From Kiritimatiellia bacterium (lineage in GTDB: Bacteria; Verrucomicrobiota; Kiritimatiellia; JAAZAB01): a stretch of 64,000 bases of DNA. The translations under genes were made by a program, and so were the position numbers. Below, one piece after another: positions 29,398 through 38,762 of the stretch. Every line of letters begins with the position of its first letter. Positions within the stretch are counted from its first letter, which is position 1. A model generated the notes under the pieces. It was not told where the DNA came from and searched no databases. It saw nothing but the letters and a program-made list of their open reading frames with translations. The stretch is taken from positions 192,001 to 256,000 of the forward strand of contig JAXGPF010000004.1 in the NCBI GenBank assembly GCA_040767085.1. The letters are read 5' to 3'.

Positions 29398-29562
29398 TTT
29401 CTGTCTCCTTTCGCTTACGCCGCGGCCGGCCGGGCCGCCGCCTGGTTTATGCTGGCCCGCCCGGCGGGTTCGACGGGCGGCGCCAAAAAATATATTGATC
29501 CATCGCCGACAGTCTGGCAAGGTTTTTGTCACACGACTGCCCCACGGATCAAAATCTTCCGG

Positions 29563-32127
29563 TCATAACTGCACCTTGAGCACCTGGCCCCAGCGGAACG
29601 CGGGCAACTCCACCTGCCAGCCGCCGCGCACGCGACGCAGGGGCAAAGCCGGGCCGGGCTCCGGCAGGCAGCAATGCATGGCGTCGGGCCGGGCGCCGCG
29701 CCAGGTCAATTTCACCCCCCACCGCCAGGGCGGCACATCCGCATCGCCCGCGGCGGCGTTGCCCGGCTGCGGGAACTGCTGGACATGCACAATGGCGGAT
29801 CGGCGGCGGCGAAAGACGCCGGCAATCAGGCCCGGCCCGCCGTCTACCAGGGCGGGCGGCGGGGCGAATCGGCTGAGCCAGGCGCGCGCCGCAGCGGACA
29901 GGCCGGCGCTGGGCGACTGCCGGAAAATCATCCCGGGCTCGAACGCGCATTGCAGAATCCGCCCGCGCCCCACACGGCTTTCGTGGAGGCAAGGGCCTGG
30001 CGCAAACAGCCGGATGCCAGCCAGGCGGCCGGATGCAGGCAGCTCTGCCAGCGGCCGGGCCGCCACGCTGGTCCATCCTGGGACGGACGGATCATGAAAC
30101 CGTGCGTGCAATTCCGGGCGCTGCCGCAGCGTCTCCCAATCGGGGAACCGCCGGCCGAACGGGAAGCGCGCGCGGTCGCCCAGCGGCGTCCGGCGCGGCT
30201 CGCCGTGTTCATCGCATACGCCGAACCAGGGGCCGGTGACCAGGACGCCGCCGGCCTTTACGTAACGCATGACCTGGCGGTACTGAGCCGCAGATAGCGC
30301 CACTGCCAATGGCATCAGCAGCAGGGGATATTCCCGCAAGGCATGTTCCGCGCCGCGGCCGGCGGCCAGATGCGCATCGAAAATCACGTCGCAATTCAGG
30401 CCGGCATGCGCCAGCATATGGTGCCATCCGACCAGGCCGTTCCAGTACCAGCTGGTTTTATCAAGCCGGATGTAATCCGGATTGCGCCCGAAAACAAAGG
30501 TATCCACCTGCTGCGAAACATGCAATGCCGCATACGGCCAGGAAGGCAGGTTGAGGTACGGGGCGCGCGGCAGGAGTTCCCGCGCCAGTTCCCCCAGCAC
30601 CAGCCCTTCCACCGTCCCGCGCCCGCCGCCGACGCTGGCATGGCCGCCGGCGGTGGCGCAGGCCAGCGCGAAATCCAGCATCGGGCGCGGGCGCGGCTGT
30701 TGTCCCCGGATCGTCGGTTTGGACGCCTGCGCCATGCCCATCCATACTTCCGTGTCAGGGCGGCCGTACGCGCGCATCAAACGCGTATAAAAAGCGCCGC
30801 GCAACGGCTCGCCGTCGGCCTCGGAACCGCTGATGAAGCCCTTGCCGAAAGGGGCCAGGGGGATGCCGGAATGCCAGTTCGTGTTCTCGCGGTGGTAATG
30901 GTTGAAAACAATCGCGGCCTCCGGCACGGCCCGGCGCACTGTCTCCGTCAGCCGCTGCCAATAGGCGCTGAACATGTCGTAGCGCCACTGCACCCAGCGC
31001 CGGAATTCCGGCCGGCTCCAATCGTAGGCGTCCGGCAAGGCGCACCCCGCCGCCCGCTGGAACGCCCGGGCGCAATGCGGGCAGACGCATGAAACCGGGG
31101 CCGGCTTCGACCAGGAAGGCGAAAGGAATGACGCGTCAAACCAGATGCCGTCAAAATCGAATTTACGCAGCAACTCGATGCAGGCGCCGATCATGGCGTT
31201 GCCGTAGGGGCTGTTGATGCAGCAGGCGCCATGGCCCCAGGAATTTTCAGCAGGAGGGTTAACCAGGAAATGCTGGCGCCAGCCGGGGTGCGCCTCCCAC
31301 GCCGGCCGGTTGATGGTTAACGACATCCAGGTCATGGCGGAAATCCTCCGCTGATGCAGGAGCGCCACCCATTTTTGCAACGCCGCCTCATGTTCCGGCT
31401 TGGCTTTTGGATTGGACGGCAGGTATTTTGAACGATATAACAAGCCCCGACTTCCGCCATCCACGGAAATCCAGCGCGCATCCACACCCAGGTTGGCCAT
31501 TAAATGCTCAAATTCGGGAATCGGCATGCCGCCGCAGGGACCGAGGGGATCCGGACGGTTTTCATGCCGCACCAACGTCCGCGCGTAATTCCGCCAAAGC
31601 GCGCCCCGGTCCTCGCGTATGATATCCGGCACGCCGTTCCGCCATGCGACCGCATCAAGCCGGAAAGACCAGCCGCCCGTGCCGCTGATGATGCGCAGCG
31701 CCAAGGTATGCGGGCCGGGCCCTACGGCCAGCACCACCGGATGACGTCCGCCCCGGTTGCCGTTGCGCAAATCCAGCGCCTCCCGGCCGTCTACCCACAA
31801 GACGGCGTAAAAATCCACATCCAGCCGCAGCGAGAGCGCGCCCTCGCCGGGCGCCGTGAAACGCGCGAACGCGAAAGCCTGCGGCGTCCCGTCTGTCCCG
31901 CCCAGCGCCGCGCCCAGGTTCAGCGTATGATCGGTCAGGACCATGCGGCGCGGCTGCAGCCGCGCGCCCGGCATGGCCACCGCACCGGCGGGCGGCTTGT
32001 GCGCCGCATCCAGAGGCATCGGCACCCAGCGATCCATGGCGCCGGGGGCGTAAACCGGCCCGATGACCGTCCAGGTTTGCAGTTCGATTTCAAGTTTGCG
32101 GCGGATGACGGCATGGTTTTTTTTCAT
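29563..32127 (-). CDS. putative glycoside hydrolase (N-terminal jelly-roll, TIM barrel, GH42-trimerisation-like domain)
   Basis: CINSPY, FDFDGIWFD, CVCPHC zinc cluster, YVKAGGVLV. Confidence 0.65.
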   Translation of the reverse strand: MKKNHAVIRRKLEIELQTWTVIGPVYAPGAMDRWVPMPLDAAHKPPAGAVAMPGARLQPRRMVLTDHTLNLGAALGGTDGTPQAFAFARFTAPGEGALSLRLDVDFYAVLWVDGREALDLRNGNRGGRHPVVLAVGPGPHTLALRIISGTGGWSFRLDAVAWRNGVPDIIREDRGALWRNYARTLVRHENRPDPLGPCGGMPIPEFEHLMANLGVDARWISVDGGSRGLLYRSKYLPSNPKAKPEHEAALQKWVALLHQRRISAMTWMSLTINRPAWEAHPGWRQHFLVNPPAENSWGHGACCINSPYGNAMIGACIELLRKFDFDGIWFDASFLSPSWSKPAPVSCVCPHCARAFQRAAGCALPDAYDWSRPEFRRWVQWRYDMFSAYWQRLTETVRRAVPEAAIVFNHYHRENTNWHSGIPLAPFGKGFISGSEADGEPLRGAFYTRLMRAYGRPDTEVWMGMAQASKPTIRGQQPRPRPMLDFALACATAGGHASVGGGRGTVEGLVLGELARELLPRAPYLNLPSWPYAALHVSQQVDTFVFGRNPDYIRLDKTSWYWNGLVGWHHMLAHAGLNCDVIFDAHLAAGRGAEHALREYPLLLMPLAVALSAAQYRQVMRYVKAGGVLVTGPWFGVCDEHGEPRRTPLGDRARFPFGRRFPDWETLRQRPELHARFHDPSVPGWTSVAARPLAELPASGRLAGIRLFAPGPCLHESRVGRGRILQCAFEPGMIFRQSPSAGLSAAARAWLSRFAPPPALVDGGPGLIAGVFRRRRSAIVHVQQFPQPGNAAAGDADVPPWRWGVKLTWRGARPDAMHCCLPEPGPALPLRRVRGGWQVELPAFRWGQVLKVQL

Positions 32128-32187
32128 AATCGTCTTCCTGACCGTGTGCCGGCCGCGGCGGACAGCATGCCGCCGCCCGGCGGCTTT

Positions 32188-34629
32188 TCACGCCGCCGGG
32201 CCCACCGGCGGAAAATAAACAAACAAGTGGCTGATGGCGTCATTTTCACCAATATAAAGTTCGCCATCCGGGCCGGCGGCCATCGTTGCGGCCCGGTGTA
32301 TAATCCAGGTCTTGGGAATTCTCGACCGCATCAAGCCGCAATCCAGCATGCCGCCGGTGCGGGGATCAAACCGGACCAGGTGCGTCAGAAGATTTGGTCC
32401 GCCGGCCAAGCCCCACACCAGCCCGTCCCGTCCTACCGCCAGCGCGGCCAGGGAGCCGGCGGCAGCGGGCCGGCCAAAATTCAGGATCCCCCCCCGCTCC
32501 GGATCCAGCCGGAAGAGGCAGCCGTCGGCCGCGGCGCCGCCGTAAATCCGCCCATCCCGCGCGGCGGCAAAAGCCTCGGCATAATTGAGGTATTCGCGGC
32601 CGGCGCCGCAGGGTAATTTCCATCCGGTATCCGTGAAGGCGCCGTCATCCGGCGTATAACGGATGATGTATCCATGATGTCCGGAAAAATAAACCGCCCC
32701 CTGATGGCACAGCATTGCCCGGGATAGATTGCCGGCTTTGACGATATGCTGGGCGAAGATATCCCGGATTTCCGTCTGCCGGGAAGCGATGTCGTGAATA
32801 AAAAACTTGCCGCCCGGCCAGGAAAGCCCGTAAATCCTGCCCCGGGGTTCATCCAGCGCCATGGCGCAGATGCCTTCGCCCGGCACGCAGGGACCGCGGT
32901 CATCAAGGCGCGTGCAGTCGCCGCCCGGAGTCAGTATCCGGCCGGAAAATTCACCGCGGTCCACATCGTCATAGGCGCGCATCCAGTCGGCCTGGCGCGG
33001 CGCGTCATACATGTACAAACGCCCGGTCGCATCTGCTCCGCCAGTCACGCCCGCAAACAACCGCCCCTGCGCATCCATCAGCAGTGAGCGGCAGACCGCC
33101 GGACCGGACCCCAGCGTATTCAGCAGCAGCAACCGTCCAGCCAGGGGAGTCCTGAAAAACAGGTGTGACCGGCTGCCGGACGTGGCGCCAAAAACGCCGC
33201 CATCCTGCGCCACCGCCAGGGCGGTGACGGCGCACTCGTTGCGCGGCAGGCATGGCTGCCGGCTGCCGCCGCCGATTTCGCAGGCTATGAAGCGTCCGTC
33301 CGTTGCAAAAACCGAACTGCAGTCCCGCGTAGCCAGGTGGTATAACCGCGGCAATGGCGGCGGCGGAACAGCCGGCGCCGCGACCGCCGGCGGGGTCCAG
33401 GCCGGGGGCGGAGGTTGCCGCACCCCGTGCGGATTGAAAATTACCAGTTGCAGCGGCAATTCCGGCCGCACTTTCCAGGAAGCGAAATAAACCGCGCCAT
33501 CGTGCCCAACAGCCGCCGCCACCGGGCAAAGCACCGGCGGCAATCCCGCGGCCTGCATGACGCCGTAATCCTGTTTGCCGCCCGTAGCGGGATCCACGGC
33601 GACAATATTCGCGCGCATGCGCAGCAGGCCGTCCTGGCTGTTGATGTTGCCCTGCGCATTGAGCGCGTAGTGGGCCGCGGCATAAATCCGCCCGTCGCGC
33701 CCCAGGGCCATGGTGCGGATAAACGGATAGTCAACTTCAGCCTCTCCGGGATCCGGCGCCAGCGCGGGCCCCAGGTCGCGCAACCGGCCGTATCTCCCCG
33801 CCGTGGGATCGAATTCGAACAGGCGCCGGCCGCGGATGGCGGCGCCGTATAACTTCACGCCGTCGGGGCCGGGGATAAAATTAAACACGCCGTTCTGATC
33901 GCTTTCCCGCCAACGGGCATTGGGAATCTGGAGCGGCAGGCGTTCAAGGGATTCGTCCCGGGGGTCATACCGCAGGATAAAGCCCCGGCAATCCGTGGTG
34001 AAAACATAGCCGGCCGCGCTGTAGCAAGGCCCCATGAAATCATACTGGGCAATGCGGCCCAGGTCGCGCACCTCCCCCGTCCGCAGGCGGATGACCATGA
34101 AATGCGCCGTCAGGAACGTGGTGAGATACAATTCCTCCCGTTCCGGGTTATAGCCCAGCCAGCGGCAGCCGCCTTTGGGCGAGACAACGCCGAAATCGCG
34201 CACACTGCGCGCCGCCGGATCGTAAATCACCAGGTGCGACCCTTTAAAACAGCGCTCATGGTCATTGTACACGTGCCAAAAGTGGTAGTAATCCTCGCCC
34301 GCCGGCGGGGCGGTCATATGGGAGACCGCATATATTCTGCCATCAGCCCCCGCGCAGATGGATGTGTGGATTTTGGAATGGGGATGGCGCTGGGGCTCGG
34401 CGGCCTCGGGCAAAACGGCGGCCAGATCGGCGATTTCGGACACGGCATCCGCCGCCGGATCGTAAGCCAGCAGGCGGGCATAAAGCCCGGGCGATGTGGT
34501 TTCCGCGCTCAAACCGAGATAAATCCGGCCATCCTTGCCGGCGGCGGCGGCATAGATCACATCATGCCCGGCCGGAGCTTCCACAATACGGGCCGTTAAT
34601 AATTTCGGATCAACCGCCGGATGTTGCAT
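32188..34629 (-). CDS. double beta-propeller protein of unknown function
   Basis: Recurrent DGRIY/DGAVY/DGLVW blades and YDP..G...DxG motifs; HSKIHT. Confidence 0.7.
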   Translation of the reverse strand: MQHPAVDPKLLTARIVEAPAGHDVIYAAAAGKDGRIYLGLSAETTSPGLYARLLAYDPAADAVSEIADLAAVLPEAAEPQRHPHSKIHTSICAGADGRIYAVSHMTAPPAGEDYYHFWHVYNDHERCFKGSHLVIYDPAARSVRDFGVVSPKGGCRWLGYNPEREELYLTTFLTAHFMVIRLRTGEVRDLGRIAQYDFMGPCYSAAGYVFTTDCRGFILRYDPRDESLERLPLQIPNARWRESDQNGVFNFIPGPDGVKLYGAAIRGRRLFEFDPTAGRYGRLRDLGPALAPDPGEAEVDYPFIRTMALGRDGRIYAAAHYALNAQGNINSQDGLLRMRANIVAVDPATGGKQDYGVMQAAGLPPVLCPVAAAVGHDGAVYFASWKVRPELPLQLVIFNPHGVRQPPPPAWTPPAVAAPAVPPPPLPRLYHLATRDCSSVFATDGRFIACEIGGGSRQPCLPRNECAVTALAVAQDGGVFGATSGSRSHLFFRTPLAGRLLLLNTLGSGPAVCRSLLMDAQGRLFAGVTGGADATGRLYMYDAPRQADWMRAYDDVDRGEFSGRILTPGGDCTRLDDRGPCVPGEGICAMALDEPRGRIYGLSWPGGKFFIHDIASRQTEIRDIFAQHIVKAGNLSRAMLCHQGAVYFSGHHGYIIRYTPDDGAFTDTGWKLPCGAGREYLNYAEAFAAARDGRIYGGAAADGCLFRLDPERGGILNFGRPAAAGSLAALAVGRDGLVWGLAGGPNLLTHLVRFDPRTGGMLDCGLMRSRIPKTWIIHRAATMAAGPDGELYIGENDAISHLFVYFPPVGPAA

Positions 34630-34635
34630 GGCGCA

Positions 34636-35517
34636 TTATCCCCGATGGCCGACAGACTGATGAATCGCGCGGATATTTTTCAGATATGCCAGGCTCTGCG
34701 GCACGCCGACTTCTTCGGAAGCCATCGCCGCCGCTTCGTATTCCAAAGAACAATACCCGCCGTATCGATCGTTTTCGAGCAGCGCCGCAAACTGGCGCAG
34801 CGGCACGTCGCCGCGGCCGGCGACATAGGCCTGGCGCCGGTTGCGGTTGCCGGGCAGCGCCGGCCCGCTGTCCTTGACGTGCACATGCGCGATCCGGCCG
34901 CGCAGGTTGGCATAGGCGTGCAGAGGATTTTCCGGCTCGTCCATGTTGGCGCCCATGAAATTGGCGCAATCGAACGTGCACTGCAGAAAACGGGAATTGA
35001 ATTGATCCAGGAGCATCCGGACTTCATAGGAATGGCCCGGCAGCCGCCCATGATTCTCCAGCGCCAGCACCACCCCGCGCCGCTCGGCATCGGGGAGGCA
35101 CGCCTCGATCCCGCGCGCGATCAGCGGCAGACCGGCGTGGGTTTGCATGCCGGGCTCCCCCCCGTTGTCCTCGTGATGGCCGCCGAAAATCCGCAGCACG
35201 GGCGCGCCCAGTTCCGCCGCCTCATTCAGGGCCGCTTTGACCACCGCCACCTGCGCCCGCCAGTCATCCTCGTTGAATTTGGCGAAATTATTGCCCGTGG
35301 CATAAGCTGCCAGCTTGATACCGGCTTGTTGCAACCAACCCGGCAGCGCCTTGGACTCGCGCGCCTGGTCTTTCCAGAACCATGCGTAACATTGCGAGTC
35401 CAAAATATCCACTCCATCCGCGCCCAATTCCGCACAGTAATTGACAAAGCCTTCCGCATCCATTTTACCTGCACGCATAATCTTCGCCACACTGATCGGG
35501 GTGACTGATATTTTCAT
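34636..35517 (-). CDS. sugar phosphate isomerase/epimerase (AP-endonuclease-2 TIM barrel)
   Basis: LRIFGG, LALENH, FDCAN, HVHVKD, CSLEYE metal ligands. Confidence 0.9.
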   Translation of the reverse strand: MKISVTPISVAKIMRAGKMDAEGFVNYCAELGADGVDILDSQCYAWFWKDQARESKALPGWLQQAGIKLAAYATGNNFAKFNEDDWRAQVAVVKAALNEAAELGAPVLRIFGGHHEDNGGEPGMQTHAGLPLIARGIEACLPDAERRGVVLALENHGRLPGHSYEVRMLLDQFNSRFLQCTFDCANFMGANMDEPENPLHAYANLRGRIAHVHVKDSGPALPGNRNRRQAYVAGRGDVPLRQFAALLENDRYGGYCSLEYEAAAMASEEVGVPQSLAYLKNIRAIHQSVGHRG

Positions 35518-35561
35518 CGTAAATCCCTGCAACTTTCTCAGCGGAAATGCCGCAACGCGCA

Positions 35562-35613
35562 AATACACTAAAATACTCTTTTTGCAAAATAACACACTCG
35601 CACGATATGTCAA
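35562..35613 (-). promoter_or_regulatory. promoter plus operator box 2
   Basis: TTGACA-N16-TATTTT (TG-extended); box AATACACTAAAATACT at 35562-35577. Confidence 0.7.
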
Positions 35614-35629
35614 TCCCGAATTTCATGCC
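35614..35629 (+). repeat. left target-site duplication (16 bp)
   Basis: TCCCGAATTTCATGCC, identical to 37016-37031. Confidence 0.92.
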
Positions 35630-35716
35630 TGTCGTAAACAAATGACTTGGCCGCATAATTAACAAATGATTTGTCCGCTTAAAGCTGTCAGGATGGTGCA
35701 TTCAAAGGGGGGTTAT

Positions 35717-36901
35717 ATGGATGAATATCCGAAGGCAGCACTGGAGCGGGCAATGAAGGTACAGGAAGTGATCTTGCGTGCGATTGAAGGGCGGTTAATG
35801 TGGTGGGAGGCGGCGGAGATACTAGGTGTGAGCTACCGGACCATGCGGCGCTGGAAAGGGCGCTACGAGCGGTATGGTTACGACGGGCTGCTGGATCGTC
35901 GGCGGAAGATACCGGGGCCGCGGCGCGTGCCCCTTGCGACGGTGAAGCAGGTGCTGAGGTTGTACCGAGAAGAATACATGGATTTCAATGTGAGGCATTT
36001 TCACGAGAAGCTGCAGGCGGAGCATGGGATCGAGCTCAGTTATCAGTGGGTCAAGAGCGCCTTGCAGACGGCCGGGTTGGTGGCGAAGGCCCGGAAACGA
36101 GGGCCGCATCGGCAGCAGCGGGAACGGCGACCAATGGCGGGGATGATGTTGATGGTGGATGGCAGCACCCATGCCTGGTTGCCCCTGCTGGCGGGCCAGA
36201 AGCAGGATCTGATCCTGGTGATGGACGATGCCACCAGCGAAGTCTACACGGCCTATCTTGTGCCCCAGGAAGGGACATTAACGGTGATGAAGGGGTTGAA
36301 AGAAGTCATTATTAAACATGGGGTTTTCTGCAGTCTGTACACGGATCGTGGCAGTCATTTCTTTTATACGCCCAAAGAAGGCGGGGCGGTGGACCGGCGT
36401 CAATTGACGCAAATTGGACGGGCGTTGCAACAGTTGGGGATCGAACATATTCCGAGCTATAGCCCCCAGGGACGTGGGCGAATAGAGCGGATGTTTAAGA
36501 CCTGGCAAGGGCGCCTGCCGCAGGAATTAAGGCAGGCGGGAATCCGGACGATGGCCGAGGCCAACGTCTATATTCAACAACAGTTTCTGCCTTCCTTCAA
36601 TCGCAACATGAAGGTGAAGGCGCGGGAAACAGGAACGTGTTTCGTGCCTTGCGGTGAGCAGGATTTGGACAGCATTTTCTGTGTGCAGCATGCGCGAGAG
36701 GTTCAAAATGACAATACCGTGGCTGTCGGGAGTCGCCGCTTGCAGATTGGACCATCAAAATGGCGTTTCAGCTTCGCCAAGTGCCGGGTTAAAGTCTGCG
36801 AGCACCTCGATGGCACGGTGTCCATCCGTTATGGCCCGCATGTGGTTGGCCGCTACCAAGGACCGTTGAACATTTCGGCGTCGCTGGAGGACGTCGCATA
36901 A
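35717..36901 (+). CDS. DDE (rve) transposase, ISNCY/IS1202 type
   Basis: N-terminal HTH, MVDGSTHAW, MDDATS, YTDRGS, SPQGRGRIERMFKTWQGRL. Confidence 0.95.
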   Translation: MDEYPKAALERAMKVQEVILRAIEGRLMWWEAAEILGVSYRTMRRWKGRYERYGYDGLLDRRRKIPGPRRVPLATVKQVLRLYREEYMDFNVRHFHEKLQAEHGIELSYQWVKSALQTAGLVAKARKRGPHRQQRERRPMAGMMLMVDGSTHAWLPLLAGQKQDLILVMDDATSEVYTAYLVPQEGTLTVMKGLKEVIIKHGVFCSLYTDRGSHFFYTPKEGGAVDRRQLTQIGRALQQLGIEHIPSYSPQGRGRIERMFKTWQGRLPQELRQAGIRTMAEANVYIQQQFLPSFNRNMKVKARETGTCFVPCGEQDLDSIFCVQHAREVQNDNTVAVGSRRLQIGPSKWRFSFAKCRVKVCEHLDGTVSIRYGPHVVGRYQGPLNISASLEDVA

Positions 36902-36904
36902 ACT

Positions 36905-36930
36905 TTTTCCTCCCCCGCGGGGGAGGAAAA
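36905..36930. repeat. perfect 26-bp palindrome downstream of the transposase
   Basis: TTTTCCTCCCCCG|CGGGGGAGGAAAA. Confidence 0.8.
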
Positions 36931-37015
36931 TCCTCACCCCAGGAGCAACAACACACAATAACAAATCGGACAGATCACTTGTTACAAAAAGCGGACACTT
37001 GACTTGTTACGAACA

Positions 37016-37031
37016 TCCCGAATTTCATGCC
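37016..37031 (+). repeat. right target-site duplication (16 bp)
   Basis: TCCCGAATTTCATGCC; contains the stop codon of the FAD oxidoreductase gene. Confidence 0.92.
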
Positions 37032-38548
37032 GTCACGCCTGGAATTGACCGGCGCCACTGCCCGCGGGAATCGGGAGTCCGGGCCGCGCCATCCGCGCTC
37101 CGCACCTGGCCGATGTCGCAGCCATTCCGAATCATGATGGTTTGCAATTCGACGCGGTCCACCCGGCGCGGGGGCACGTCCCTGGCCAGCGAAATGGCGG
37201 CAGCGGTTCCCGCCGCTTCGCCCATGTTCAGGCAGCACAGAACCAGGCGGCAGCCGGACTGCGCCATGAAATCCGCCGACAGGCAGCGGCCCGCGACCAG
37301 CAGATTTTCAACCTTTAACGGCACCAGGCAGCGGTAAGGAATATCGTACAGCGGGCTTTTGCATTTGATGGCGGCGCCTTTGTTGCCCCAGTAATCGCTC
37401 AAGGCCTCCTTGCCGCCGGGCGGCATCCAACTGGAGCCGTAACCGTTGGCGCCGCAGATGACATAACGGGTTTCGCCGTCAACTTCCATTTTGTCCCACT
37501 TGATATTTCCCACATCGTCCGGATTATGACAGTCATAACCATGTCCGCTGAGGCAGATGACGTCATCAAAACGCCGGCCGCTGGCCAGATCCCCGGTGGT
37601 CATCATGTATTCGCCCAACACCCGCCGGGATTCGCGCACGCCCAGCAAGGTCCCGGTGTCGATCAGCCAGGATTTCGCGAAACCCGGCACCTTGGCGCGG
37701 ATGAATTTCCAGAGTATATCCGCCTGCTCGCGCCCTTCGAGGTACATGCGGGTAAGGTCGCGGCTTTCAAGCGGACGGCATTTGCGCGAATGCGCCATAC
37801 AGATGCTAACTTCATCCATACCGCAGTGTTCCGGGCGGCCGGGCACATGCGTCATCCAATTCAAATGGTTTTCGATTTGCGCGACTTTTGGCCAACCCTG
37901 CTCGGAGGCGCCTGCCACCAGCGCGGTCCAACGGGGATCGGTGCGTTTTAAATCAGAATTCAGATAGGCATCCCAGTCAACGCCGCCCAGCCGGAATTCG
38001 AGCGAACAGGCCTGCGCGATGCCGTCACCGGGACGGCCGGCCATGCATTCACAGCCGGCGAAGCTCGCGACATCCGCATCGCCGGAACAATCAATAATTC
38101 GCTGCCCCAGCACTGCCTGGCGTCCGGACTTGCTCTCAACCACCACGCCGGCGACCGCCGGACCGCGCATGATCGCCTCAACGACGTGACTTACCAGCAG
38201 CAGGTCGCAACCGGACTCGATGACCATCCGGTCCAGCACCAGTTTGTGTTTTTCCGGATCGCTGTTACGGTGCCATTCGCCGTCAACATCCCGCAAGCGC
38301 TGCATCATGACGGCGCCGATGCCGGCGATGAAATCCAACGGAATATTGACCAAGCCGATGGTCGCCAGCCCGCCCAGCGACGATTCGCGCTCCAGCAAAA
38401 GCGTCTTGCACCCGGCCCGCGCGGCCGCAATCCCGGCGCCAATTCCCGCCATACCTCCGCCGACGACGATGACATCGTATTCTCCGATCAGCGGCAATTC
38501 CTTTCGCGGCTCGGCAATCATCCTGCCGCTGCGTTCCAGTTCAATCAT
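37025..38548 (-). CDS. FAD-dependent oxidoreductase (PF12831-like)
   Basis: DVIVVGGGMAG, LGGLAT, IDCSGDAD, GVRESRR, YDIPYRCL, NLLVAGRCLS, MGEAAG; alternative start at 38557. Confidence 0.9.
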   Translation of the reverse strand: MIELERSGRMIAEPRKELPLIGEYDVIVVGGGMAGIGAGIAAARAGCKTLLLERESSLGGLATIGLVNIPLDFIAGIGAVMMQRLRDVDGEWHRNSDPEKHKLVLDRMVIESGCDLLLVSHVVEAIMRGPAVAGVVVESKSGRQAVLGQRIIDCSGDADVASFAGCECMAGRPGDGIAQACSLEFRLGGVDWDAYLNSDLKRTDPRWTALVAGASEQGWPKVAQIENHLNWMTHVPGRPEHCGMDEVSICMAHSRKCRPLESRDLTRMYLEGREQADILWKFIRAKVPGFAKSWLIDTGTLLGVRESRRVLGEYMMTTGDLASGRRFDDVICLSGHGYDCHNPDDVGNIKWDKMEVDGETRYVICGANGYGSSWMPPGGKEALSDYWGNKGAAIKCKSPLYDIPYRCLVPLKVENLLVAGRCLSADFMAQSGCRLVLCCLNMGEAAGTAAAISLARDVPPRRVDRVELQTIMIRNGCDIGQVRSADGAARTPDSRGQWRRSIPGVTA

Positions 38549-38759
38549 GGCTGTCATTTCCTTTCGTTTTTGCCCCGCCGGCGTCCGCTACCCGGACAAT
38601 CGCCTCCGAAGCGCAATTTTCAAAACATACGCCGCAACCAACACAACGCGCCTGGTCAATCACCGCCCCCTGCGTTCCTAAAACGATCGCGCCGACCGGA
38701 CATTCGTAAATACAGGTCGCGCAAAACGTGCACCCGCGTGTCACCTGATACTTTTGGAT
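38541..38759 (-). CDS. 2[4Fe-4S] ferredoxin (start ambiguous: ATC 38759 or GTG 38744)
   Basis: CTFCATCIYECP and CVGCGVCFENCA. Confidence 0.85.
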   Translation of the reverse strand: MQKYQVTRGCTFCATCIYECPVGAIVLGTQGAVIDQARCVGCGVCFENCASEAIVRVADAGGAKTKGNDSHD

Positions 38760-38762
38760 AAC

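Larger units (their letters stand above)
35630..37015 (+). mobile_element. insertion sequence, IS1202-family-like (ISNCY), 1386 bp
   Basis: TGT...ACA ends, two ~19-bp TAACAAnTGAnnTGTCCGC-like repeats at each end, a single DDE transposase, 16-bp flanking direct repeat. Confidence 0.9.

Noticed and set aside
29515-29530. TGGCAAGGTTTTTGTC as a sigma-54 promoter
   Set aside because: GT instead of GC at -12, and it points against the local genes
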